From NCBI GenBank assembly GCA_041396965.1, contig JAWKXN010000001.1, forward strand, positions 462,058 to 526,057: 64,000 bases of DNA, given 5' to 3'. The position numbers and the translations under genes were made by a program. The stretch comes from Rickettsiales bacterium. Lineage in GTDB: Bacteria; Pseudomonadota; Alphaproteobacteria; Rickettsiales; SXRF01. Positions 45,658 through 56,051 of the stretch are shown piece after piece. Every line of letters starts with the position of its first letter. The stretch's first letter is position 1. The notes beneath the pieces were generated by a model that was not told the DNA's origin, searched no databases, and saw only the letters and a list, made by a program, of their open reading frames with translations.

Positions 45658-47484
45658 ATGAGAAATAAAATTAGAAGTGACTTGGACGAAGTGTTACCTT
45701 ATCTGCTAGATAGGGTAACAAAAAAAATACAAAATGCAAAATTAGATTTCACACCGCTTGATGATGGTAGTGGCTACGGTGGAAGCTATAGTGTATTGTT
45801 GATCACAAACAAAGACAACCCAACCGATCATGTATTCGATATTCGAATTGCTGACTCTAATTATAAAAAACTTCATACAAAAATCTCATTTTTCGGGACT
45901 AAAGAACAAGCGGAAGAAGCGTATAAAGCATTATCCAATCTATTTGAAAAAGAGTATCGTGCATTCAGTCACAAACTTAATAGAAATAATGGTTTAATAG
46001 ATCTGGATGATGATAAATTAAAATTTATTGTAAGACGAAAATTAAAAACGTTAGAAAATAAATTCCCGGACGAGTTTTCTTTTAATAAGAACGGTGATGA
46101 TTCAAAAAAATATATTTTATCCTTAACCAGAAGCTTGCCAACCCGTGCAAAAAATGGTGATCTAAAAGAAAATATACATTTTAGAATTAGGATTAGAGAC
46201 CATAGTTGCATAGAAAGAATAGAGAAGGAATATATTGAGGATGCGGTTCTGGCGACACTGTCAATTGGTACGAAAGAAACGAATAGAGTTGCAGAGATTG
46301 AAGAAAAAGTTAGAGATATATTGAAAGAATATTCAATATTTGAATATACGCTGAAGAGCAGTCCGACCAATATTGATAAAGCAATCCCTAAAAATTGGAT
46401 TGAGCCGGACAAAATAAGAGTTCTTACAGAGAGAATGAGGAATGGGGAAAATAATTATGATATCGCCATCGTTCCTAAGAGTACTAAAAACAGAATCCCT
46501 AAAATTATACTTTCACTGAGCAATGCTTCTTATGATGAAGCAAAAAAAATCAGGGATTATTTGGAGAGTAAAGACGGGATTATTTCTGACTATTTACATG
46601 GAAAGCATAAAGACGATCCGTTAACCGTTAAAATGATTAGAAATGATCTGGAAAATAAATTTCCGGACATCGTGAACAGGAGAGAAGCGGCAGCGCCGAA
46701 ACGTTCGGATATAAGGAACGTCATATGTAATAACGATATAAAAATGACACTTTTAACACCAAAATTTGTTCGAAGGGAACAGAGTGTTGAAATGCAAATT
46801 GTCTCGCCAAAAGAGAGTCGATACACGCACAATATTAGAAAAACCATATCTGTTCCGCTTAACACCTCAGATTCTGACTTGGCTTTTAGCAGAATAAACG
46901 CGTTGCAATCTTTAACAAAAATTGCTCTTGAGGAGTATTTTCAAGACAATCCGGATACGCAGATAGCGACAGAACCCAGAGTCACAAAAAAACATGGAAA
47001 TGGCGTGGCTTTTATAGAGGAGCCGCCACCAGGTCAAACTGCTCCTGAAGGAAAGATATTCTTTAATACTTTGCGTGATGACGTTCTAAAGCCAGCTTAT
47101 GAACAGTTTAACCGTTATATTTATTGGGAAACCAAGATTGAAAAAGAAAAAGGCGGTGACGGTTATACCATTACGGCGCAAGTAAAACGTAATAAAGACG
47201 CTGAGGAATTTCCTGAAAATGACAATATTCTGGGGAGAGAGTGGAAATTCAAAGCTAAGGATGAAAAAGGGGCGATAGAGTTTTCTCATCAGCTGGAAGA
47301 AAATATCCTTCGTAAAGAACATCTTTTTAGTCGTGAGAGACCGGTTGATCAATTTGGAGCGAATTCTATGCGTCTGGTAACCAAGAAGTCTTTGCTGGAG
47401 GCGGTGGGCGCGTCGCCAGACATCGAGGATTTACAAAAGAATTTAACTAAACATCTAAAAGTGGAAACAAGAAGAATACCTTGA
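45658..47484 (+). CDS. Hypothetical Lys/Glu/Asn-rich protein (608 aa) with internal repeats
   Basis: Long ORF in host-like AT-rich DNA. The motif LENKFPD occurs twice, and xFxIRIxDxxxxxxxx occurs twice (HVFDIRIADSNYKK and IHFRIRIRDHSCIE). No family was recognised. Confidence 0.5.
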   Translation: MRNKIRSDLDEVLPYLLDRVTKKIQNAKLDFTPLDDGSGYGGSYSVLLITNKDNPTDHVFDIRIADSNYKKLHTKISFFGTKEQAEEAYKALSNLFEKEYRAFSHKLNRNNGLIDLDDDKLKFIVRRKLKTLENKFPDEFSFNKNGDDSKKYILSLTRSLPTRAKNGDLKENIHFRIRIRDHSCIERIEKEYIEDAVLATLSIGTKETNRVAEIEEKVRDILKEYSIFEYTLKSSPTNIDKAIPKNWIEPDKIRVLTERMRNGENNYDIAIVPKSTKNRIPKIILSLSNASYDEAKKIRDYLESKDGIISDYLHGKHKDDPLTVKMIRNDLENKFPDIVNRREAAAPKRSDIRNVICNNDIKMTLLTPKFVRREQSVEMQIVSPKESRYTHNIRKTISVPLNTSDSDLAFSRINALQSLTKIALEEYFQDNPDTQIATEPRVTKKHGNGVAFIEEPPPGQTAPEGKIFFNTLRDDVLKPAYEQFNRYIYWETKIEKEKGGDGYTITAQVKRNKDAEEFPENDNILGREWKFKAKDEKGAIEFSHQLEENILRKEHLFSRERPVDQFGANSMRLVTKKSLLEAVGASPDIEDLQKNLTKHLKVETRRIP

Positions 47485-47561
47485 AAATATAAGGAGATAA
47501 TGCTCTAATTCTATCTTGTAACATTGCTAAATATAGAGAATAAGAAATATCGAGTGTAGTT

Positions 47562-47966
47562 ATGACCAAAAACCTAGACCCAAGACTTGCGGAAGAATGT
47601 CTACCTGTTATTAATCTTGGTGTTTGTCGGGTTTACCTTCAGAATAATAGTAATTTCCCTTGGCTGATACTTGTTCCTATACGTGATAGCATAACTGAGA
47701 TTTACCAGTTAAGTAATGACGATTATGAACAGATGGCAAGAGAAATCCGTATGGTAACTAAGCAGTTCGCTGAATTTACTAGCGCCGATAAGATGAATGT
47801 GGCCACTCTTGGCAATGTAGTGCCTCAATTACATGTACATATAATCGCTCGTTTTAATGATGATAAAGCTTGGCCAAACCCAGTGTGGAATTGTGGCATA
47901 CCTCCAGTGCCTTATAGTGAGGAAAAAGCCGAGTCACTAACTAGGGAGCTGCGGGAAATATTATGA
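47562..47966 (+). CDS. HIT (histidine triad) family protein
   Basis: Has the histidine triad VPQLHVHIIARF. It is 134 aa. Confidence 0.75.
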   Translation: MTKNLDPRLAEECLPVINLGVCRVYLQNNSNFPWLILVPIRDSITEIYQLSNDDYEQMAREIRMVTKQFAEFTSADKMNVATLGNVVPQLHVHIIARFNDDKAWPNPVWNCGIPPVPYSEEKAESLTRELREIL

Positions 47967-49481
47967 TATTTTCTTATAGATAGAAAACCCTTCTACATCC
48001 TCAACATGCCTATAGTTTTTCCACAATTCTCGAAATCTCTCATATCCCATAAGATATTTCAGTATATCAAATTTCATTTGTGGCAACCCGGATTTTTTTT
48101 CATTATAATTTATGATGATAAGTACGGGTAGCTCTTCTAAATCCTGAATTGTACGCTCTGTAAAGAGCCTTTCCTCATCAGTCATCTCCTCTATAGTATG
48201 ATATATAGGTTCTTTGTTGGTTCCTCTGAAATCCATATAAGCGCTAGGTATTTGCGCCATATAAGGCAATGATAACGCCCATACACCACCGGAATAATTA
48301 GTAACGGGAAAGCTTGGAGCTGTTAAACTATCTAAAAACGCTATTGGATCACCAGCGGATATATATGTTTGTATGCTCTCAGAAAGTGCTTTGATAGTCC
48401 GCTCACGCTCAAGGTTAACTGGTGCTTTATAATATAGCATAGATAATAATAAAAATACCCAAACATATCTTGCTTTTTTAAGTAATAATACTGTCCATAG
48501 AAATATTTGTAACGATATCATTGGTAGTAAATGATAGTAATAATCGGTAAGTGGTATTAAATATAGCAATAGTGACGAAAATATTAGCGTTACCAACAAT
48601 ACAGCAACATTAGTATTGTAAGATGGTGTTTTTGTAATAATTCCGACCATAAATATGGTTGGAGCTATAAACAATATACTTCCAGCAATCATTAATTCTA
48701 AACTGGATTTATACCCAGAGTAGTTTTTTACGAACGCGATGCCCGCTTCTTGTAGATATTCAGAGAATATTGCGGCAATAACAACGTGATAAATTACAAA
48801 CCCTAATCCTATAATCCATGGCTCTATTCTCATTATGGATTTGAAGCCACGCATTATATGCAGCATAGCGAGTTCCGCCGCCGCGAATACAATAATGAAA
48901 TATGGTTTAATAGAAAACGCTATGGCGGCCACTACCCCAACCATTACTCTGAAACCAACTGGCAATGTTCGCTGGTAGCTATATGCTATGAGTAGAGAAA
49001 TATAAGGCAGAATTCCTAGCACGAATATATGCTCCCTCTGACCAAAGTTGCTGGTAATGGCTGGTACTATAAACCCTATACAATACAGCACCATCAGCAT
49101 GGTATTAGCTTGTATTTGCGTATCATATATCGGTAGTTTTTTAAGAACAGACCAGCTAAACCAGATACTCGCGTATCCCATTGCGCATATTAGTAAGAAA
49201 AATAAAGGAATAACCGGAATGTTAGTTAGGTGATGTATGGATACTGGTATCATAGAAATGTAAAAGATAAGTGGTGTATTAATTTCCCAAATATCTTTAT
49301 AGAGAGACTTTCCCTGCCACATTAATTCTGCGGCCATAAGATAATATGCCGCATCATGATTTATGCTTTTACTACATACATAAAATATAGTTACAAACGA
49401 TGCTATTAAACACGGTATTAACCAAGAGTACTTTATATTTCCTAAATACTCACTCGTAGTGTAGTTAAGTTTTTTTCGCAT
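47961..49481 (-). CDS. Polytopic membrane protein, possible GT-C (ArnT/PMT-like) glycosyltransferase
   Basis: 506 aa with more than 10 predicted hydrophobic helices. The first loop contains NHDAAYYLMAAELMWQG, reminiscent of the GT39/GT83 D-x-x-Y loop, and a soluble domain follows at the C-terminus. This is a weak call. Confidence 0.4.
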   Translation of the reverse strand: MRKKLNYTTSEYLGNIKYSWLIPCLIASFVTIFYVCSKSINHDAAYYLMAAELMWQGKSLYKDIWEINTPLIFYISMIPVSIHHLTNIPVIPLFFLLICAMGYASIWFSWSVLKKLPIYDTQIQANTMLMVLYCIGFIVPAITSNFGQREHIFVLGILPYISLLIAYSYQRTLPVGFRVMVGVVAAIAFSIKPYFIIVFAAAELAMLHIMRGFKSIMRIEPWIIGLGFVIYHVVIAAIFSEYLQEAGIAFVKNYSGYKSSLELMIAGSILFIAPTIFMVGIITKTPSYNTNVAVLLVTLIFSSLLLYLIPLTDYYYHLLPMISLQIFLWTVLLLKKARYVWVFLLLSMLYYKAPVNLERERTIKALSESIQTYISAGDPIAFLDSLTAPSFPVTNYSGGVWALSLPYMAQIPSAYMDFRGTNKEPIYHTIEEMTDEERLFTERTIQDLEELPVLIIINYNEKKSGLPQMKFDILKYLMGYERFRELWKNYRHVEDVEGFSIYKKIS

Positions 49482-49485
49482 AAAT

Positions 49486-50364
49486 TCATTCAGTTTTGTT
49501 ATTTGTTTTTGGTAATAGATTATAGTTACGACATGCCCACAATATATTAGAGCGTAATATATCTGAATCTAACTCACTCCATTTTTTATTTTTTTTGTCC
49601 CAAGTATAAATACCAAACCCCAAAGATTTCAGGAATAAAATACTGTCTTCCTGAGAATGCCCAAGACGCTTGCACCAATCATCCTCATTCTCAAACATAA
49701 TAACTATATTATTATTAGTTTTTAGAGTTTTTTCAGCGCCTTGGAAAAACAGATACTCACCACCTTCTATGTCTACTTTCAAGAAATCTATTTTATTTAT
49801 GTTATTACGAGAAATCCAGCTATCCAAGGTTGTTACCTCAACTGTTTCTGAATGTTCGTGTTTCGTGTCTTTTTTATCAGATGATAACAGATAACTATAC
49901 GCGTCACCATACCCACTGTCGCTAGCAAGTAAGGAAGAGCTTTCTTTATTGCTCAGAGCGACTTCATATATGTTAATAACATCTTCGCATTCGTTTAGTG
50001 TTATATTCTGCGTTAGTAGAGAAGCTGTTTTACGTGATGGTTCAAAAGACCATATATTAGTTTGGTTATTGGTTAACTTAGCGGCATAAATCGAGTAAAG
50101 ACCAATATTGGCTCCAACATCAATAATATTCATATTAGGTTTTATTAAGTCACCAACCAGAGTTAATTCTGTTTTTTCAAATAACCACCCCAACCAGAGG
50201 AATTCAGCGATCTCTCCTTTCGGCCATAAATTCATAGTTACGCCGTGAGGTAGTTGATATGTAACTGGTTCGCCTTTTTTATAACGTATATTATATGATA
50301 CATGTATGATTTTTCTAATACACCAGCCAATAAAAGAGTGCCTTATTTTTGAGGATAGTGACAT
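49486..50364 (-). CDS. FkbM-family SAM-dependent methyltransferase
   Basis: Has the SAM-binding motif NIIDVGANIGLYSIYAA and the downstream FEPSRKT, in an FkbM-like arrangement. Confidence 0.65.
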   Translation of the reverse strand: MSLSSKIRHSFIGWCIRKIIHVSYNIRYKKGEPVTYQLPHGVTMNLWPKGEIAEFLWLGWLFEKTELTLVGDLIKPNMNIIDVGANIGLYSIYAAKLTNNQTNIWSFEPSRKTASLLTQNITLNECEDVINIYEVALSNKESSSLLASDSGYGDAYSYLLSSDKKDTKHEHSETVEVTTLDSWISRNNINKIDFLKVDIEGGEYLFFQGAEKTLKTNNNIVIMFENEDDWCKRLGHSQEDSILFLKSLGFGIYTWDKKNKKWSELDSDILRSNILWACRNYNLLPKTNNKTE

Positions 50365-50377
50365 AAAAACCTATATA

Positions 50378-51667
50378 TTATAATAATCCAGCCAAAATTT
50401 TACCGATACGCACACTTTCGGAAATAGAACGATCTTCAGGGTAATAATATGATGTATCGGCCATATAAAAACCTTCTATGTCAGTTTTCATAGGTGGCAA
50501 CATACTAAAAAAATCTGGTGTACATACGGTTTGAGCATATTGATAGCGAGAAACGTGCGATGATAATATCCATGTCTTAGAAAAATCAGGACGTATTTTT
50601 TCTAAATATTTTATAACTTCTTCAACAAATCGCTCATTACTTTGTTTATGCTTGGCATTGTCATTAGGCATATAATATGGGAAATATACTATAGAATTTT
50701 CCATAGGATATAAATTACTATATTCAATAACACCGGGTACTAAAATTTCAGGGTCGTTAACATTGATCCAGAAATTATCGCTAATAGGCTTGGATAGTTT
50801 TAATATTACACAAACTACGCCTATATTTTGTATATTTTTTATTTTCTCTAATGTACTATTGGGCAAATCAGGAATCATATCTGGTACGTATGGTAACGGT
50901 ATTGTTGATATAACATCATTACATTCCAATGACATGCCAGATGATGAAATACCTACAACTTTATTATTTTCCACAATTATTTTTTCTACAGCCTGATTTA
51001 AGTGAATTTCCCCGCCCATTTGCTCAATTTTTTTTCGCATAGCATCCAGCAGAGTTTGGCTGCCCCCCTCAAGAAAACCCAAATTCTCACTAAATATACT
51101 TTTCCTAGATTTCGCTAGTCTTTGTATACGGGAAGCTATCCAAGCAGCTGACAGATTTTCTGTGAGCTCATAATATTTCAAATATAACAAGCTTTCCCAT
51201 AATTTGTGATATGTCTTCGTTCCAAGCCATTTTTTAAGCCATTTTATACCATTTTGTTTATCTAAATAGTCCCAGCTTTTTATATTCTTGCAATATAAGA
51301 CATGTAGCGCGTACCGGCATTTAGAAATAAAATCCAGTTTTGGAAATTTTAGTAGAGAAAAAGGATCTCCCCACGAATATAGTTTGCCATTATAATAAAA
51401 CCCCATTTTAGTAGCGCGCCACCTTATAGCGTGTTCTATATTTAATTCTTTTAATAAAGACAGTAGAGGAGCATCTCCACTACATATGAAATGATAATAA
51501 CGTTCTATCTGAAGGCCATCAAAATCAAAAGACGCTGTCATTCCCCCAATACGATCGTCACGTTCACATAATATTACTTGATGTCCTTTTTTAAGTAATT
51601 CGTAGGCACACATCAAACCCATAGGACCTGTTCCTATGACCACGACTTTTTTATGTGATTGTTCCAA
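50378..51667 (-). CDS. NAD(P)/FAD-dependent oxidoreductase (amine-oxidase/desaturase-like)
   Basis: Has the Rossmann motif KKVVVIGTGPMGLMCAYELLKKGHQVILCERDDRIGG. Confidence 0.7.
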   Translation of the reverse strand: MEQSHKKVVVIGTGPMGLMCAYELLKKGHQVILCERDDRIGGMTASFDFDGLQIERYYHFICSGDAPLLSLLKELNIEHAIRWRATKMGFYYNGKLYSWGDPFSLLKFPKLDFISKCRYALHVLYCKNIKSWDYLDKQNGIKWLKKWLGTKTYHKLWESLLYLKYYELTENLSAAWIASRIQRLAKSRKSIFSENLGFLEGGSQTLLDAMRKKIEQMGGEIHLNQAVEKIIVENNKVVGISSSGMSLECNDVISTIPLPYVPDMIPDLPNSTLEKIKNIQNIGVVCVILKLSKPISDNFWINVNDPEILVPGVIEYSNLYPMENSIVYFPYYMPNDNAKHKQSNERFVEEVIKYLEKIRPDFSKTWILSSHVSRYQYAQTVCTPDFFSMLPPMKTDIEGFYMADTSYYYPEDRSISESVRIGKILAGLL

Positions 51668-51767
51668 ACTGGTAAACCTATAATATTAAAATTATACAAT
51701 ATTATTAAAATATAATTGGTTGATTATATTAGGTAAAGTAAAAATAGGTATAATAGTCTTGTCTTTA

Positions 51768-53558
51768 TCAATAAACTCGTGCTTTGGGTGGGACTGGCTG
51801 TACCTCATTAGATAGAGTATTTAGATGTACCGGACGATAATCAAAAGAAACATCTCCTTTATCATTTATCCAAGTAAGTGTGTGTTTTAGCCAATTTTCA
51901 TCGTCACGGTTGGGGAAATCCTCTCTTGCGTGCCCGCCCCGACTTTCCGTGCGATTAAGCGCGCTGGCAATGGTAATGAGCGCTTGTGTACGCAAATTAT
52001 CAAGCTCAAACGCCTCAACCAGATCACTATTCCAAACCAGTGAACGGTCAGAAATTTTAATATCAGCGTAGCTTTGCCAGATATTATTCATTTTCTCCGT
52101 CCCTTCATGAAGCAAATCATGCTCACGGAAGACTAAAGCGTGTGACTGCATATTGCGCTGCATATCACGCCTTATCTCAGAAGTAGGTCGGCTACCGTTA
52201 GAATTTCTTATTTTATCAAACCTATCTAAAGCTTTTTCAGTAGCGCTATTTTCAACAGGTTTATGCGCCGAGTTAGGCTTTATAAGCTCCGCCGCTCTTT
52301 TTGCCGCCGCTCTACCAAACACTACTAGATCTAACAGAGAGTTAGAGCCAAGACGATTCGCGCCATGTACCGAAACACATCCTGCCTCACCAATCGCCAT
52401 AAGGCCTTGCACGACGCTATCTGGATTACCATCTTTAAGAGTAACTACCTCTGTGTGATAATTGGTTGGAATGCCGCCCATATTATAATGAACAGTTGGA
52501 AGAACTGGAATTGGTTGTTTGGTAACATCAACGCCGGAGAAAATCTTCGCCGTATCAGAAATTCCCGGAAGTCGCTCATGAAGAACTTTAGGGTCAAGAT
52601 GATCCAGATGCAGATAAATATGATCTTTATCTTTGCCAACACCACGTCCAGCCCTTATTTCCATAGTCATAGCCCGTGATACCACATCCCTTGACGCGAG
52701 GTCTTTGGCTGACGGCGCGTAGCGCTCCATAAATCTCTCACCCTCAGAATTTACCAGATAACCACCTTCGCCACGTGCTCCTTCGGTAATCAGGCAACCC
52801 GCCCCATATATTCCGGTTGGGTGGAATTGAACGAACTCCATATCTTGAAGTGGAAGACCAGCGCGAGCTACCATACCACCACCATCACCTGTACAGGTAT
52901 GAGCGGAAGTGCAGGAGAAATAAGCACGACCATAGCCTCCGGTGGCAAGAACCGTCATATGGGCGTTAAAGCGATGGATTGTCCCATCATCAAGATTCCA
53001 AGCGATAACCCCGCGACACACACCTTCACTATCCATCAGCAAGTCAGTAGCGAAATACTCAACAAAGAATTGAGCGTTATGGCGTAGAGCCTGCGTGTAA
53101 AGAGTGTGCAGGATAGCGTGTCCGGTTCTATCCGCCGCCGCACATGTGCGTTGTGCCGTACCTTTTCCATATTCGGTTGTCATACCACCAAAAGGGCGCT
53201 GATAGATTTTTCCATCAGCGGTACGTGAGAAAGGAACACCATAATGTTCTAGTTCAATTACTGCCTCAGCTGCGTTCTTACACATATACTCAATAGCATC
53301 CTGATCTCCCAGCCAATCAGAGCCTTTGATCGTATCATACATATGCCAGCGCCAGTCATCCTCTCCCATATTACCAAGAGCCGCTGATATACCACCTTGC
53401 GCCGCTACAGTGTGGCTACGTGTTGGAAAAACCTTAGTGACGCAAGCGGTGTCAAGCCCAGCCGCTGCCATACCAAACGTTGCCCGCAAACCAGCACCAC
53501 CAGCGCCAACGACAACTACGTCATGAAAATGGTCAATAATCTTATATGCTGAACTCAT
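51768..53558 (-). CDS. sdhA: Succinate dehydrogenase flavoprotein subunit
   Basis: Shows [13 protein letters not shown], the covalent-FAD His context [10 protein letters not shown] and the conserved FHPTG and [14 protein letters not shown]. Confidence 0.92.
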   Translation of the reverse strand: MSSAYKIIDHFHDVVVVGAGGAGLRATFGMAAAGLDTACVTKVFPTRSHTVAAQGGISAALGNMGEDDWRWHMYDTIKGSDWLGDQDAIEYMCKNAAEAVIELEHYGVPFSRTADGKIYQRPFGGMTTEYGKGTAQRTCAAADRTGHAILHTLYTQALRHNAQFFVEYFATDLLMDSEGVCRGVIAWNLDDGTIHRFNAHMTVLATGGYGRAYFSCTSAHTCTGDGGGMVARAGLPLQDMEFVQFHPTGIYGAGCLITEGARGEGGYLVNSEGERFMERYAPSAKDLASRDVVSRAMTMEIRAGRGVGKDKDHIYLHLDHLDPKVLHERLPGISDTAKIFSGVDVTKQPIPVLPTVHYNMGGIPTNYHTEVVTLKDGNPDSVVQGLMAIGEAGCVSVHGANRLGSNSLLDLVVFGRAAAKRAAELIKPNSAHKPVENSATEKALDRFDKIRNSNGSRPTSEIRRDMQRNMQSHALVFREHDLLHEGTEKMNNIWQSYADIKISDRSLVWNSDLVEAFELDNLRTQALITIASALNRTESRGGHAREDFPNRDDENWLKHTLTWINDKGDVSFDYRPVHLNTLSNEVQPVPPKARVY

Positions 53559-53614
53559 AAAAATACTCTTTATTTTATCAATATATTATTCAATATTTAT
53601 TTAGGAACATTATC

Positions 53615-54028
53615 TTAAGAAGCAGGTATATTAAGAAAATGGATTTTAAGTATAGCGATCAAACAGAACGCAGTACCACCCAGACAGAAAAAACTGTTAG
53701 CGATAAGCATGCCGTATCTCATACATGAGCATTTCACATAATCTTCTATTATGACTTGCATCCCAAGTTTGGCGTGAAAAAACATAGCGATAATAAACAG
53801 CGCCATAAATAAAGCGTTAAATGGCGAGGAAAACCAGTGAGCCACCGTAAGCACGTCAGGTGATAGCATGACTGAAATAATTGACGATACCAACCACAAT
53901 CCAAGTGGAATTAAGGCGATAGCTGTAAGTCTTTGTAGCCACCAATGACTCACCCCGTGCTTTGCTGAGCCAAGACCACGCACCCTAGCTAAGTTGCTTC
54001 TAAGATCAGATTCTTTTTTACTATTCAT
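53615..54028 (-). CDS. sdhD: Succinate dehydrogenase membrane anchor subunit
   Basis: Shows GSAKHGVSHWWLQRLTAIALIPL, has three TM helices and lies between sdhC and sdhA. Confidence 0.7.
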   Translation of the reverse strand: MNSKKESDLRSNLARVRGLGSAKHGVSHWWLQRLTAIALIPLGLWLVSSIISVMLSPDVLTVAHWFSSPFNALFMALFIIAMFFHAKLGMQVIIEDYVKCSCMRYGMLIANSFFCLGGTAFCLIAILKIHFLNIPAS

Positions 54029-54040
54029 AATATATTTCCA

Positions 54041-54436
54041 TTATAACAATGCGGTATTATTACAAGCCACAGCCCAGCTAATAGCGGTAGCGGCTATAGT
54101 AAATAACAGAACCAGCCAACCGCTTCTATTTACTGATGATACCTCAAAACCGTATCCCATATCCCAAAATAAATGGCGAATACCATTGAAAAAATGATAA
54201 TAAAAAGCAAATGCCCAAGATATTATGAACGCCTTACCAAATGGTGTAACAATCAACCCATGTAGCCCTCCATAATTCTCAGGACAATATACGATGACTC
54301 CAAGAGTTATCACTATAAGCAGCATTCCACCATACAAAACAACACCAGTAATACGATGCAGGATAGAGAGAACGGATGTTATTTGCTTTTTATATATGGA
54401 TAGATGTGGAGAGAGTGGGCGCTTGGTTTTTTGCAT
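54041..54436 (-). CDS. sdhC: Succinate dehydrogenase cytochrome b556 subunit
   Basis: RPLSPHLSIYKKQITSVLSILHRITGV is the SdhC N-terminal signature. Confidence 0.75.
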   Translation of the reverse strand: MQKTKRPLSPHLSIYKKQITSVLSILHRITGVVLYGGMLLIVITLGVIVYCPENYGGLHGLIVTPFGKAFIISWAFAFYYHFFNGIRHLFWDMGYGFEVSSVNRSGWLVLLFTIAATAISWAVACNNTALL

Positions 54437-54618
54437 AACTATCTCAATAAATTAAAAATTATAATCAAGTCTTTATAACTTAGATGGATAAATAATCTAT
54501 AAAAAAATAAGTTAAATTATTTGTTAAAAAGAGACAAATTTATTTCTGGTGTTATCTAGTACATGGTTTATAGTTAGCTACCACCATTCATTACATATTA
54601 TATTTCCGAGTACGAATT

Positions 54619-55209
54619 ATGGAAAACTTGTCACAAAACCCGATAGAGATAACACTCAAGTGGCTTGAGGAAGCGAAGAACGAATCACGGATAACCGAGC
54701 CGACAGCTATGTCGCTAGCTACATCTACTAAAGATGGTATTCCATCGGTGAGAATGGTTCTGCTTAAAGGACTGGATGAGCGTGGGTTTGTTTTTTATAC
54801 TAATCTTGGTAGCAGAAAGGCGAGTGAGCTTAAAGAAAATCCAAAAGCCGCTTTATGTTTATATTGGATGCTTTTAGAAAGGCAAGTTAGGGTTGAGGGA
54901 AAAATAGAAGAGGTAGCAGCGACAGAAGCGGATGAGTACTTCGCTACCCGTCATCGTGATAGCCAAATAGGTGCTTGGGCTTCAAAGCAATCACAAGTTC
55001 TTGAGGAAAAAGTTGATTTACTACAAAATATATCAGAAAGAATGGCGGAATTTGAGGGAAGGGGTGTTCCGCGCCCTGATTTTTGGTCGGGATTTAGAGT
55101 TGTACCAGATAAGATAGAAATATGGCAGCAGGGAGATTTCCGTTTGCATGAGCGTAGGCTTTTTACTCACGTTGCCGAGGGCTGGAAATCAGTGCTACTA
55201 TATCCTTAG
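54619..55209 (+). CDS. pdxH: Pyridoxamine 5'-phosphate oxidase
   Basis: Shows RMVLLKGLDERGFVFYTNLGSRKASEL...QVRVEG...YFATRHRDSQIGAWASKQS and a C-terminal RLHERRLF. Confidence 0.85.
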   Translation: MENLSQNPIEITLKWLEEAKNESRITEPTAMSLATSTKDGIPSVRMVLLKGLDERGFVFYTNLGSRKASELKENPKAALCLYWMLLERQVRVEGKIEEVAATEADEYFATRHRDSQIGAWASKQSQVLEEKVDLLQNISERMAEFEGRGVPRPDFWSGFRVVPDKIEIWQQGDFRLHERRLFTHVAEGWKSVLLYP

Positions 55210-55275
55210 ACGAAGTTTTATATTCGCCTCCGAGATTTTCTGTTGAAAATATCATGAGGTATAGCTGAAGACCCA

Positions 55276-55361
55276 CACGACCTACTGGTCGTGTTTCTTG
55301 CCCAATTATAAATACATGTAATAACAATGGATTAGGAATATCTTGACCATAGCTCAGGTTA
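55276..55361. repeat. Dispersed copies of the 33-kb hairpin-repeat modules
   Basis: The hairpin cacgacc-tact-ggtcgtg (55276-55293) is the opposite-strand version of the AGTA-loop type. ggaatatcttgaccatagctcaggtta (55335-55361) matches 33584-33610 at 25 of 27 positions. Confidence 0.7.
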
Positions 55362-55368
55362 AATTAGT

Positions 55369-55797
55369 TCAGGTTATTGTAACTTCCACTGAGCAATTTG
55401 GAGTCTCATATAGCCTTATATGCGTACAGCATATTCCTAATCCAGAAAATAACTGTGGGCATATCTCACCTATCAGATACGAAGCCATATTTTCCGCTGT
55501 TGGATTGTTTTGTAAGTAAAATATTTTTTGTTCGGTGACACCGCTTATAGCTTTTCCAAGCTGTTGGTCTTTCTCGTAAAGTATGGTAGCGTGATCCCAA
55601 TTATCATCTAGCCACTTGCCAAGCTTTTCTTTTATTATGGAAAAATCTACGATCCTCCCTAGATCATCAAGGTCGTCAGCGCAAAAAGTGGCTTCTATGG
55701 CGTAGCGATGACCATGCAAATATTTGCATTTGCTTTCATGATTCATAATCCTGTGAGCCGCGTCAAACTCAATTCTTCTTACGCACGATATTTTCAT
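55369..55797 (-). CDS. queD: 6-carboxy-5,6,7,8-tetrahydropterin synthase
   Basis: Shows FDAAHRIMNHESKCKYLHGHRY and a C-terminal ETPN. It is 142 aa. Confidence 0.8.
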   Translation of the reverse strand: MKISCVRRIEFDAAHRIMNHESKCKYLHGHRYAIEATFCADDLDDLGRIVDFSIIKEKLGKWLDDNWDHATILYEKDQQLGKAISGVTEQKIFYLQNNPTAENMASYLIGEICPQLFSGLGICCTHIRLYETPNCSVEVTIT

Positions 55798-56051
55798 AAT
55801 TTTATCTAAAGTAAGTGTATTTATAAAAATTGTCTGTAATTAATAACTTAGCCGAACTATAGCACAAATAACAACAAGTGACAAAATTAAGATATTGCCT
55901 TTATAGCTGTTTTTTGCTATACAGCCGCACTCCTTAAATTGCTAGAATTTCTGGCGTTTGAGAGCTGAAGTAGTTATTATATGGTATGTTTATATATTTG
56001 TTAATAGCTATAAATAGTTATATAGACAATGTTTACTGGGAGCAGGGTTAG

